A DNA stretch of 62,892 nucleotides, the filler included, from Parasitella parasitica NRRL 2501 (lineage: Eukaryota > Fungi > Mucoromycota), in assembly GCA_025201805.1 (NCBI GenBank). It is 13 parts of 12 records of this genome, joined end to end, with 100 filler letters (N's around TTAATTAATTAA, not from the genome) between each part and the next. Parts side by side here need not be neighbours in the genome. Positions count along the whole stretch, not along the records: positions 1 to 3,534 come from MU619413.1; positions 3,635 to 6,334 come from MU619512.1; positions 6,435 to 8,181 come from MU619392.1; positions 8,282 to 37,793 come from MU619355.1; 9 more parts are not named here. One strand, written 5' to 3'. This document shows, piece after piece, positions 1-12,375 of this stretch (the stretch's first letter is position 1; each line of letters begins with the position of its first letter). Below the pieces are notes generated by a model. That model saw only the letters and a program-made list of their open reading frames with translations. It made no database searches and was not told the DNA's origin. Position numbers and translations under genes: made by a program.

Positions 1-1236
1 TGGGACCTCTGAGAGTATACAGCACTAGAAGCCAGGAAAGAGCGATTGGCTACTTTAAAAACCTGATTACAAGAAATGTCAAAACGCAAGCATAGGCCTC
101 TGACTTGATCCAAAAAGTCGCAATTAGATCATTTCTGAATCAAACACTCGACATTGCTGATGAAGGTGAAATTATACGTCCTTCCTCGTATTCAGATAAC
201 TCCTATCTTGACAATGATGACGATGAAAACTGTACTGCTCAACTTTGGATTCCCTTTAAAACGGTTAAACTTGAAAATGATGGCGAAGAATTTGAAGGAG
301 TCAAAGTGTCCAAATTTCGAAAGGCTTTGAGCAAGTATTATCGTCGTGAATTTTCTGAAGACAATATCAACATTATTGGTGATATCGAATTTGTTCTTGC
401 TGGCCGCGCTTGGTTTGATGAATCAACTGTCATACCATCGATATACTATGCAAGAACCAAGGGAGAATTTCGTCGTGCTGGCTACTTTGTTATGTTTGAC
501 AGCCCATATCTTACAGCTCAGTTTGTGTCTCGTAGAAAGTGGTTTGTTGGAGAAGTCTTGTTTTTTTTCAAGCACATTCTCAGAGATCGTATGTATTTTT
601 TGGCATTAGTTCGCGTGATGAAAAGAAATACAACAGCTGAGCACGATAAAGCCATTCCTGTTGTCGACAAAGGAAGCCCTGCCATTCCATCCAAGTACGC
701 CGTCATCTCTATCCCATACGACATAAAAAGACAGGTTGGTTTGGTAAAATTTATTGGTAGCAGAACCAAATTCTCAGTCATAGCACCATCTCATGTATTT
801 GAGGCTGATATGTCAGTAGATGCTGGCAACATCGTTAATCTATAGCTTACCTTATTTCCTTCTGTAAATAAAAAAAAACAGAACATACACAGTATGATAT
901 TTTTTTGTAATTTATGAGCTGAGGCTTATTATCACTGTCACCATTAGGCCATCTTAAGATGCACATGTGCATAATACTTCCATTTAATAAAATTACAATT
1001 GATATATCTCGACAATGAGAGGTCGCAATGATTCCAAATCAACTCGTATATTACTTACATCATCCAAGCTATCACAACTAGTGATTATATCGCAATCTAG
1101 TTACTTTGATAAATTACGTTAAAAACCTTGATCATCTTGCTATGCACATTTGAACAGCTCAATGTGCCCAATTTTTTTTATTATGCCCATTTGTGCATAT
1201 TATTATACCCATGGGAATACTACTTCGGCCGTAGTG
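1..1236 (+). mobile_element. CACTA/EnSpm element, right end with transposase C-terminal remnant (ORF 105-845)
   Basis: Frame 3 from the window start reads GPLRVYSTRSQERAIGYFK, an EnSpm/Tnp2-like C-terminal motif, then a premature TAG. The element ends ...GGCCGTAGTG (reverse complement of CACTACGGCC) at 1236. 738-1236 is repeated in inverse at 51925-52423. Confidence 0.8.
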
Positions 1237-1790
1237 ACCGTGAAACCGCGAAGCATTTATAAAAAGAAATCGAACCACAAACCACATTTGGAACGCATAG
1301 ACGAATGTAAGGACTGGTCCATGCATGTTATTTACAAATGTGTCAGAAACATCGATATTAGAATACCACACTTGATTATGTAAAATCAAATACACAGAAA
1401 AACCTGACTGACAGTTACGGCATAACTGACTGACAGACCATTTACAACAACGAATATAAATAGAGTAGAAATATGTCTAACCTTTGCACGTTATCTTATT
1501 CCAAAAAATAAAGAAGGAATTAAATTGTATCTATTGTTGTTTTACACTTTGTATTACAATCGCATCTGTTTTTAGTAAAAGTTTATTTATGCTCGCACGA
1601 TCATACAAATGTTCATTTGAGAGCAAAAAGTGACGAAGAAGTACCTACTGTTAACCAAAGTGTTGCTGAAGATGATGAAAAAAAAAAGCCGCTGTTGATG
1701 AATGTTGTGCCAGAAAGGCATGAGATTAAGCAATTATTAGATTGGTAATTCTTTGTATACAATGGCAAGGAATAAGCTATTAATGTACAA

Positions 1791-1984
1791 CGAGCTTTCA
1801 TACACCCCCCGAACTATGGTGAAAAAAATCGACCTTCGTTTCGCTTCGGTGATATTTTTCGACCTTCGTTCTATTGGGGGGGTGCATAGCTCGCGCCTGC
1901 AGCGGGCTGTCCCACTCGACAATGCTAAATCAAACGAAATAAAAAAAAAGTTCCAGTTTGTATAGCACAGTTTACTTTATATAT
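1791..1984 (+). repeat. ~160-190 bp terminal repeat (TIR-like), inverted copy at 43686-43847
   Basis: CGAGCTTTCATACACCCCCCGAAC... aligns by eye with the reverse complement of 43686-43847. It contains an imperfect hairpin (AGCTCGCGCCTGCAGCGGGCT) and an internal ~30-bp duplication. Confidence 0.8.
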
Positions 1985-3534
1985 TTAAGAAGATTGAAAC
2001 ACTTCAGTATATACTACATTTCTTGTATGATTATTAGAAAGCTCTTTTGATATAATGCTGTGCTTTGAGGAAAGTAGAATTTTGATTGATTTTGCGGATT
2101 TGGCTCTTGATAAAGCAACATATAATTGGCCATGACTGAATACTGGATTAGGAAGGTATAGGCCTATTTTTTCAAGCGTTTGTCCTTGTGCTTTGTTGAT
2201 AGTCATAGCGAATGCAAGACGGACAGGAAATTAGCAACGCTTAAATTGTATAGAATCAGTTTCAGAGGAGATTAATTTGATCTTGGGTATATATGTAACT
2301 TTTCCCACATGAGAACCTGTTGCTATTGTTGCTTCTATAATGTTGCCCAGTAAAGATTTTACAATAAGTCTTGTTCCATTGCATAATCCGCTTGCTGGAT
2401 CTATATTCCTGAGAAGCATTATTGGACACCCGACTTTCAAAGTCAACAGATGGGGTGGCAGCGAAGCTGACTCAAGTGAATTCAAATATTCAGGGGGGCA
2501 AAGCAAAGCTTGATTATCGTCACATAGGACATCTGCGCTAAAATAGTCAACCTGTTCACCAGGGAATCCAGCTATCATTATACTGTTGATTTCCGTTACA
2601 TCACTGTTCTTTGGCGTCAATATGCTATGGTTGATAAAAGCCATGCCATTGTCCATAGTTGCTAAGGTGTTGCTTAAATTAGGGAATACAGAAGAAAGAA
2701 AATCTGAAATACTCTCGCCCGGGATAAGCATAGATCGGCAATTCGTATATAATCATTATTGATGGTGCCTCCATTATTGTTATTCTGATCATCTACTTTG
2801 AGAGTTTCAAAGCGGCCATCACCAATTGACAAAAGCATGTCTGCGAATTGTTGCAACTCAATGGACAAAGACATGTTGTTGCTAATTTGGGCTTGCTGTA
2901 CCCTCATATTTATCCTCAACTTTTTTACTTGAACATGATGCCAAAGAACAGACCTGTTGATACATTGATTGACCACGTCTGACCTACTCCCTCTGGGCAC
3001 CACCGGTAGCACCTGGCGAAAGTCTCCTCCAAACACTATCAATCTACCACCAAACGGAACTGACTCCAGATTTCGGTTAGTTTTACCAAATATATCGCGA
3101 AATGTCCTATCAAACGCTTCAAAGGTTGCTCTACTGATCATTGAGGACTCATCCCAAATAATTAATTTGGTGTTCCGGATTAAATCAGCAAGCTCTGAGT
3201 TGGGTTTTATATTAAACATGGTCAGCGAATTAACGAACAATGGGATCTTGAAAGTTGAATGGGCTGTTCTGCCGCCATCTAACAGTAGTGCTGCAGTTCC
3301 GCTCGAAGCCACCGATAAAGCAAATCCGTCTTGAGCTGACCTTGTTGCATTCAAAATCGCATTGAATAGGTAAGTCTTACCAGTTCCTCCAGGACCATCA
3401 ACAAAAAACAATCTAGCATGATCAGTTGAATCGCACATATTGTCTTCAATGCTTTTCATAATAACATCATACACATGACGCTGATCAGAGTTGAAGCTGT
3501 TTATATTGAATGTGCTTGCTCTTGCTTGTGCTGT
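1985..3534 (-). pseudogene. Helitron-type PIF1 helicase, C-terminal part, disrupted
   Basis: Motifs [60 protein letters not shown] and [10 protein letters not shown]. Frameshift near 2730 and stop at 2231. Confidence 0.92.
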
Positions 3535-3634
3535 NNNNNNNNNNNNNNNNNNNNNNNNNNNNNNNNNNNNNNNNNNNNTTAATTAATTAANNNNNNNNNN
3601 NNNNNNNNNNNNNNNNNNNNNNNNNNNNNNNNNN

Positions 3635-6334
3635 ATACGAATAAATATATCCAGTTTTAATTGTATATCTATTTCGTATATTAAAACATTTTTTACAATT
3701 AATCACTGCTTATTATATATTTATCATATCAAGTACTTATCTTCTGGTTATGTCCGTTAACGCTACTCCGTCTTCTGCTCAAAGCTTGAATGCTTCTTTG
3801 TTTCCTGATCCGTTGGAAGATTTTGAGTTGGAACCTGTAAATGATGTCCCGGTTATTGCACCCGATGGTGGTGCTGACGCCCCTGGTGGGGGTAATAAAG
3901 AACAAACCAATGGTCCTGGTCGTCATTCTGGTCTGAACGCTGAGGTGAAGTTGGGGCAAGACAATATGGCTATGTCTCTGCTGGGTGACAAGGATAGTGT
4001 GATGTCTTGGTCCAACGAGCAAGATCTTGATTCTATGAGTTACAATGAGTTCGATGAAGAAGAGGCTGTGGAAGGAGCTATCAAGACTTTGCGCAATGAG
4101 AATGCGAACTGTTTAAAAAAGATAGCATTAGGTGTGTTGAGTGAAACTGAGCGTAGTGTGACCTTGTCGAGAGTGATCAAAAACAGACAAGATATTGGGG
4201 CTTTGATGCAGTACAAGTGCGATGTGTTTAACCGAAGTGGCGTGCAGGTTACCAAGGATGTGAAGAAAGGTGAGAGCTTGGCTCTTAACCGCCGTGATTT
4301 GCCAAAATTTCAATTGGCATCCTCTGCCATTAAGGCTTTTCCTAATGAAGAGGTGTTCGAGAGTGTGGATCATTACTTGGCAACTTTCGAAAGTATTTTG
4401 AACTCGTCGTCCTTGGACCTCCAGACTCAGTGGTCCAAGTTATTGCCATTGTGCATGTCTCACAATGATCGTGCGTGGGTAGACAAGACCCTGTTGAATT
4501 GTTCCTCCTGGAAAGATGCCAAGGTTGTGTTTGCGCGTCGCTTTGGATCGGCTGTGGTTACTCGTCGTAACACGGATCTCGTCTTCACCATGACGATGAA
4601 GGCCTCCGAGTCCATCATGGACTATTCTTGTCGCTTCCAGCAAGCAGTTTACAATGCGGGTCTGCAGTTGGACGATCCTCGTGTAGCTGATCGTTTCATG
4701 GCATCGTTAATTTTACCTGTGCAAACAGCGGTTCGTATCACTTTGGTGCGTGAGCAAGGTACTGAGTCTTGGACGGTCGACCGTATTACTCAAGTTGCTC
4801 GTGATGTGTTGGGTGATGATAACACCTTCTATGCTCATGCCACGTCCTTGTTGCCTGGAGCGGTTGCCTCGGGCGTAGAACTGAATGATGTGGATGGGGG
4901 GTCTCGTCGCGGAAGATCTTCTCCTGGTTCGTGGAAAAGGCCGGATAAGAGAGGTGTGCAGAAGAGATTCCATTGTGAGCAACATGGTCCAAATGAGTCG
5001 CATGCCACCAAGAATTGTCAGTTTCTCAAGTTTCAAAGAGCTAAGGCTGAAGGCAAATGCGTAAGATGTTGGAAACAATTTGAGAAAGGTCATGTGTGTC
5101 ATGGTAACAAACCTCCTGGAGTTGGTCCATCTGCTACTGGATTGAGCAACCGTGAAGTTTTTGCGACAAGTGTGGTACCAGCTCCAAAGGCCGAGGTACC
5201 AACCAAGGATCTAGTGGAGATTCACGCTGAGGATGAAGACTCTCTTATGGGAGAATTGAACTTCGATTGTAAGTTACCAAAAGTTGTGAAAAGTGGTGCT
5301 GAGACTAATTTCTTTGCGTTGTTGACACCATTGTTAATTTGTGTAGAACATGATCGAGATGTGAAAGCGGTTGGGAAAGTGGACACTGGTTCACAAATTA
5401 GTTGTATTAATATTAATTTTTTGATTAATAAATTGAGAATTACAAGAGTCCAAAGAGTTGAGGGTCATTTAAAGTTTTTGTCCAAGTCTGTGAAGAGAGT
5501 TGCGATGACATTTCCTTTGAAATTTAAATATGCCAATGGGATTGTGTTTGAACATGCACTTGAGGTAGTAAAATTTGAAGATGACTTGGATTTCGATCTG
5601 CTGTTGGGCGTTGATGTGTTACCAAAAATGAATATTGGGTTAACAGGTGTGGCGTTTCGCATTGATAGCGAGCATATTCATTCTGACGCAGCAATTAACG
5701 ACGAGGACATGTTCAAGAACATCAATTTAGACTGTGACGGAAAGGACCTGGAAGCGGATAATGCTCCAGCAGGAACAGCCAAAGAACGCATAGAATTTGT
5801 GAGATATATTGAAGACTCTTTGAGAAGAAATAAGTTGATACCTGTAACGTCACACTGTCCATTGCCTGAATCCATCATTCGATTGCCAACAAAAGAAGGT
5901 GCGACGGCACATCGCCGTCCTTATCCTATCGCGGAATCGTTGAAGCCAGTTGTGGAAAAGCAGATTAAAGAGTGGTTGAGTACAGAGACTATTGGCCGTT
6001 CCAGAATCAATTCGTCCTTTAACAGTCCTTTATTGGTGGTGCCAAAGCGAGATAAACTGGGAAACATCGTGGATCATCGCGTGTGTTTGGATGTTCGTTT
6101 ATTGAATAGTATTTTGCCACCTCCATTCAACTTCCCCATACCTTTAGTCAAAGATATATTTGAGAATCTTCGAGGGATGTCCTATTTTGGCACCACGGAT
6201 CTAAAAAACGCGTACCATAGATTTTCAATCGAGAAACCGAGCCAAATCAAGTGCAGCTTCTCGTTTAATGGCCAAGGATTTTACTTCAAAAAGGGATGTT
6301 TCGGATTAAATTTATTGCCAAGCCAATTTCAATT
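3635..6334 (+). mobile_element. Ty3/gypsy LTR retrotransposon, 5' part: LTR end (...AACA at 3688) and single gag-pro-RT ORF from 3750, truncated by gap
   Basis: Gag with CVRC..HVC knuckle, protease VDTGS and LLLGVD, RT motifs SPLLVVPK, RVCLDVRLLN and DLKNAYH. Confidence 0.92.
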
Positions 6335-6908
6335 NNNNNNNNNNNNNNNNNNNNNNNNNNNNNNNNNNNNNNNNNNNNTTAATTAATTAANNNNNNNNNN
6401 NNNNNNNNNNNNNNNNNNNNNNNNNNNNNNNNNNTACAAAAAATAAGAATAAAACAGCGATTTAACCACTGCGCTACGAAGAGCTTTACTAAATTAATAC
6501 TCTTTTTTTTTTATTTTTGTAGTTAATTAATTTATACAAATAATAATAAGCATTGATTATCATGAAATTAATGAGCATTTTACTTTATCTCAAGTTTATT
6601 CGCCATCCCAATTACGTATTTGAGCATTATAAGTGGCTTCTCCCTTTCAAATTCACAATTCTTAAATAGAATTCCGCTTTTTTTTTTGCCAAATAATTAC
6701 AAAATAATTTAAGTCAGGAACTATATGCTAATTATGACTTTCTGCCCAGTGGTATTGTTGTAAAGTAACATAAACACGCCCAGGAAATCATGTGAACCCA
6801 GCAATCCCTATTGAGCATTATCATACAATTATCCCAAACAAAATATGAATAAACAGACATCTTTATCCCCGCTAGTTATTCTTTATCAGTTTTAGTAACT
6901 GAGCAAGA

Positions 6909-7950
6909 TGTTGTTAGAGTTTTTACTGTCAACTAACCAATTCCTATTTTATATCTATTTATTTTCTTTCCTATTGTCAGGTAAATACATAGACCCACGC
7001 AACAGTATAATACAGGTTGTTTGAGAAACTATGTTTGTATGTTTGTTCCTATGAACCAACTTTATCATATATTAGTAAAGGTTTGTTGACATATAGTTAT
7101 TATGTTGTATTTTACCAGAACTACTGTTGCTGTTAGTTATATCATTACGGGTAGGTTAAGTAACACCATCGTGATGTGTCGGTGTTTATTTGAAAAGAGG
7201 CTTGCCTCAAAGCACTCACCCTCCCCAGACTAAGGGTTACATACTCATTGATTGCGCGCAATGAAGCTACATTAACTCGTCTCTTGAGGGGGCAACCGAC
7301 TTTATCCTGAAGTTGGCAAGTTCCGTTGTTGAAGGATGCGACCACGTTGCAAATTTCTGGTTTGTAATTGGAGTCCATCTTGGAGAATTTATTGTGCCTA
7401 AGGCGCACAACCTTGGTTCCTGGTGCAAAACGCTTGCGCCTAATCAGTTGCTTTTCTTGATATTCGTTTAGTACGTTATAATCTTCGATATGAGTATTAC
7501 GGTCCTGCAGTGCGACTAATCTTTCCATGCCCAAAGCACGGCCAAGTGTTTTTATGGGATCTTGTCGGATTGATGGAGGGGACACACCATGTAGATACTC
7601 GTAAGGAGACACCTTGAGAATTGAATGAATCTTGGTTCTATACTAATACAAGGCAGCATCAAAGTGCTGATCCCAGTCAGAAGGGTTACTGATAGAGAGT
7701 TTTTTCAATGCCTTGGTGATATTGCCATCATTCATCTGCTCGTTTCGCCCATTGGTCGAAGATGGTCTGTAAGGTGCTGTATATTGATGATGAATAGATA
7801 CCCAGGACAATAAACCTTTTACTATTTCGTTATCAAAACTCGCACCGTTGTCAGTCAGGATGTGAGTAGGGAGGCCAAATTGACAAAAAAATATGTTTCT
7901 CAATTTCGGTTGCTTGGATTATGAGCAGTGTAGAGACAAGAGAAACAACC
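6909..7950 (-). mobile_element. Degenerate LTR-retrotransposon integrase with PPT and probable 3' LTR
   Basis: rve motifs LPTHILTDNGASF and YRPSSTNGRNE. PPT GGGGAGGG (7219-7226, minus) followed by TGAGTG. The left boundary is a guess. Confidence 0.7.
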
Positions 7951-9200
7951 CACATGTCAATTATAATACACCTGCAATGGAATGGTATAACTAAAAGCAA
8001 GTAACTAAAAAAAATAAGACTCAAATGTCACGCATAGTCAATTCATGCCATTCAAGTTCGCATAACATATTAAGTCATATAAATCAAATCGAATTACAAA
8101 TACAATTTAAGACCTTATCAATGAATGTCGTGTGAAGGAAAACACTCCTGATCAAAGTGCTTTCCCTTACACAATAGATATNNNNNNNNNNNNNNNNNNN
8201 NNNNNNNNNNNNNNNNNNNNNNNNNTTAATTAATTAANNNNNNNNNNNNNNNNNNNNNNNNNNNNNNNNNNNNNNNNNNNNTTTCTTCTAAAAGTGCGAC
8301 ACCTTAAATTTTTTTTTTGCGACATCATTTTGGCAAAAGGTGTATTTTCGTTCAACTGCGCGGCCTGGGCTTCTTGGATTCTCTTCAACAGTAACAAGCT
8401 CTTCAATAGCCCCATTCTTCTCTCTGCAATTGACTCTCCTTTACTTCAAAAATATACGTTGCCATCACTTCTCTTTGCTCAATGCACTTTTTTTTTGGTT
8501 CATTATTCACCTACCTTCAATCATTTTCATTTCTACTTTTTGTTTCCTTGCTGCCACCACTGGTTCCCCTTCCGTCCTTGTTTGCAAGAGTCGTATCCCA
8601 ATCCTTTCCTAAACGAACAATCTTGCTTGGATGCTTATGCTGCTGACCGCTATACTCACTATGATGTGGATGCTATTACTTGTTGTTCTTGCACCTACAT
8701 AGAATATTATTACATTCCCTACCTACTGATTATTCTCACTATCCCGACTTTATACCTCCAAATCAAATGCTCATCCAAGAAAAGTACACTGCCACAAGAA
8801 GAGCTTATTTTAACATATTATAAATTAGAACGAAGTGTACAGCTTAAAAAATCGCCTTTTTTGGATTTTGAATCTCCTAATTTGGTTGATTCAAGCTATT
8901 TCGCCCGACTTTCAACATGATTTACTCTGTTGAAAGAGTTCTTATTTCAAATCAAAATACATGACCATTTATTTCACGCTTTGTTGCATACGCACATATT
9001 TTTTTTTATAGTTTTCTGAAGCTTCTATATATTTTTAATTAGTTTTTTTGAAAATGAGATATACTTGATTTAACGCCGACTTCTCAAAAATTCGAAACTT
9101 GAATGGGAATTACAAAACCAAACAAAGCATTTATACACTCTATTCCTCGCTGGATTGTGTTTATTTTGCTGTGTTCTTGTTTATTTATTTATTAATTCAT

Positions 9201-12198
9201 CTATTTTTTATGGATAAAGTTGTGCAACTTTCGTCCATACTCCAGGCCAATTAGTTCTTGAAGCGTCTTTTGATTTGAATGGAACAACTCATCCAAGTCT
9301 TCGAAATGGTTCATTATGATGCGATAATTTGTTGAGTTTACGCCTGGCATGCTCCTCAAGATGTCCTGAGGTGTCATGTTGTAGATGGTGTCCCCATCTT
9401 CGTTCCCTTCTGCTCCGACACTAGCCGCTACCTTAGAATCCGGCTCTTCTTCAGTTTTCTAATGAGATAGATGTCCTTAATACTTTTCGGATTTCATAAT
9501 AGACATGTGTTACCTTGAGCTCGCTAAAGACTTTTGCTGTTTCATGAGGACTCGATGACCAGATGATTCGCAATTTCGGGAAAGCTAAAGTCAAAAGCAC
9601 CAGTTTTGACGACAAGGCAGTAACTCGGATGGTCTCCCTCATATCTGCTACGGCTTGCAAAGAAAACGATTTGTTTTCATCAAATTCGATTAATAAGATT
9701 GGGATTTTGTAGGATACAGACATCATTTCACATTGCGTGTACCTGATAAAGGTTAGCCCTTGTTACTCAACTCAGCGACATGCACAACTCACAGTCTTCC
9801 AGAACTGAACGATTGAATGAGATCGGCAATCGATTTACGTTCCACACAAATGTCTGGACTCAGAATGTAATCCCCTACTTGCAAGGTATAGGGCTCAATC
9901 TTAATGCCATCTGCGTACAAGATGGGTGGCAATGAACTACGAAATTCACGCATGTCCACAGTGACAATCTGAGGGCCACTGACAGCTTTTACTTGGCCGC
10001 CTGCAATTCTTGTGCTGGGACGTATGATATCATCTTGTCTTTCTTTGCGCTTATCTGGCAATGGAATCGCCATGATGGATTTTTCATGAATAAGTCGTTC
10101 AAACGACTCTTTTTCTTTGCGTATCAAACTCAAGTAGTTCTGCTCCTCAACCGAGTTTTCATAAAGCATGAAATAAACTCGAATGTCGACCGTAGGGTGC
10201 TGTGTTCTGTAAACCTCAATTTGGCGCACAAACGCTGGACTCGGGTCAAAAAGCACAATAAAACGAGGCTGTGCATCTTGCAAAACTTGTTCATTGGCGT
10301 CTTCCTCGTAGCATTGAATAGTAATCAAAGATGTGTTGGGTATCTCTTCAAAAGTAGGCAGTATATCGTTTTGATTGTAGCGTATCTCATAGGAATCCGC
10401 CAAAGGCCCAACGCCATGAAACCTGTCATCTATGTCATCTTGATCATCTTGATCAGTTTCGTTTAAATTATCGTCCAATCTAACAATGTCCATTAAAATC
10501 AAATCTTTTGACACAATTAGTACAACCTACACAGATATGTTATCAATAACGTCGTCCTGGAAAGTCTCTGCCAATGCCATTGATCTGCTCCCAGAAGAAG
10601 ATGCCGTTGCAGATCCTCCCCTCACTCTTCTACGCTTATTAGGTGGTGGCCTTCCTCGCATTGTAGTGGGCGCAGGTGCTTGTTTAACCGGTTCAACTGC
10701 TTGCATACGATGAATGTTGGCTCTCCACTTGAAAAAGTTTTGAGCAATCTTGGTCAAAAACGGCTCTTCTTCGTTGATACGGCTAATGTAGTCTTTCAAT
10801 TGTGAGCATGTGCGTTTTTCAGAGACCATAATCAATATAGGAGCGCCTTCGCCGTCATTCAGCTGTAGAGCGTCTTGCTCTATCTCTGCCAAAATACTCT
10901 TCAATAGCTGCCATTTGGGTTGTTCCTCGAGCATTAACTTTATATGTTTAGGTATGACAGAATTGTCCTGTCTTTCAGGCAACTCTTTAAACTCTTTCTC
11001 GCCTTGCTTCACATAGACTCTTTTTCGGGCGGCCTACGCATCAACAAAGGCTATCAGACATTGAATCCGTGCAAATTTTTGTTAAAGAAGCCTTACCAGA
11101 ATGGCTCTATTGCCAGCTTCGTACAATAACCATTGGGATTGCTTTATCTGCTTACCATCTTGTGCAGAGTTGGCAGCAATGATGGTTTCGAGAAAACTGT
11201 AAAACGACACGCAATCGTAGGTTGTCAGGTATCTGGACTCCTTATAGAATTAACAGGCATTCATTGTTATGTGTATAGAAACATCATGTTTTACCCTAAT
11301 AATTGACGCAGAATCTTTAAATCACCCACTAATTGTTTAGACGCAGATGTTACTCGGTGCCAGATAGGATCTAACTGACGCCTCACAATTGCATCAAAAG
11401 ACTTGAAAAACGAATTTTCAATGGTAAACTCTCCAACGTCAATCGACGGATTCGATCTTCGCAACTCGGTCAACGTCTCTTCCATGCACTGGACTAGACT
11501 CTGCTGGATGATATCCATCGATTCCGACATGGGCTGGCGCAATTCGACCACATTGTCGTTTGTATTGGCCAAGTCTTCTGATACTGTGATTTGAAAACGA
11601 GGCCATAAATGCACTTTACGCAGAAACAAGGATTTCATAGTGTTTTGTAACGGGGCAAAGCCAGTTACAAAGGCTTCAGGTCTGTCAGAAAATGCTTTAA
11701 TGAAGCCTTCCTGGTTTTTCTCTTTGTATATTCTCAATATCAACTCTTCCATCGAGTTGGGCCTCACCCTATATCGATTAATATCTACTGTTTTTTGGCT
11801 AGGGGGGGGGGGTTTTCTTACCTATGTGCATTGTACACAATAATGCCATTGATGAGCAAAGTTGGAATTCTGTCAAGCAGCATATCAACAGCCAAGATCC
11901 TTGACGTGATGGAGAAAATGCCGCTTTCACGATACATGCTGCTTCTTTTCTCAGCAGGCGTGTTGTACTCAATTCGTCGTATGACATGCTGGCTGGGCAC
12001 ACTGTTAGCAATCAACTGTTCTTGCAGCAACTCGTCCTGTTCTTTTGACGTGTTGATCAGCAGTATCAAATGATTGCCGCCAGAATACACTTGCACAAGA
12101 TGGCAAAGGATCTGAAATATCCCCAGCCCAGGTGACATGATGAGCAGGCCGTCTTCTGTTACGATTTCGGTTAAAATTTGCTTTTGAAAGGCCAGCAT
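9201..12198 (-). CDS. RAD1: DNA repair endonuclease XPF (Rad1/Rad16/ERCC4), multi-exon
   Basis: N-terminal helicase-like region (SITSRILAVDML, FIKAFSDRPE), nuclease VDMREF...GDYILSPDICVERKSIADL, and a C-terminal HhH region. GT-AG introns link the ORF pieces. Confidence 0.95.
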
Positions 12199-12375
12199 GA
12201 GTGTTAAAGATGCAATGGGCAGCTTTTACGCAGTAGCCTTGGTGGTGTATGCGGGAGATCGAGTGATCTTCTGTGACGCGTGAAAATATTTTCCATCCTT
12301 AAATCAACACCCTTCAACCCCCTTCTCTCTCTTTTTCTCTCCTTTTTCCTCTTGTTAATATCACATTGTTTCAAC
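12199..12375. promoter_or_regulatory. Short bidirectional promoter between XPF and importin-alpha, with an MCB-like ACGCGT at 12276-12281
   Basis: The divergent ATGs are only 177 bp apart and the motif is visible directly. Function is inferred. Confidence 0.5.

Noticed and set aside
3535-3634. Recurrent TTAATTAATTAA palindrome inside N runs, repeated many times across the window
   Set aside because: Artificial contig linker with stops in all six frames. ORF tails running into X are artefacts.
6455-6484. tRNA-like 5' end on the minus strand (GCTCTTCGTAGCGCAGTGGTTAA, A-box)
   Set aside because: No anticodon arm, B-box or acceptor partner before the gap, so it cannot be called a tRNA or SINE.
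8294-8920. 208-aa ORF
   Set aside because: Non-ATG start, F/L/C-rich shadow-like composition, and no recognisable domain.
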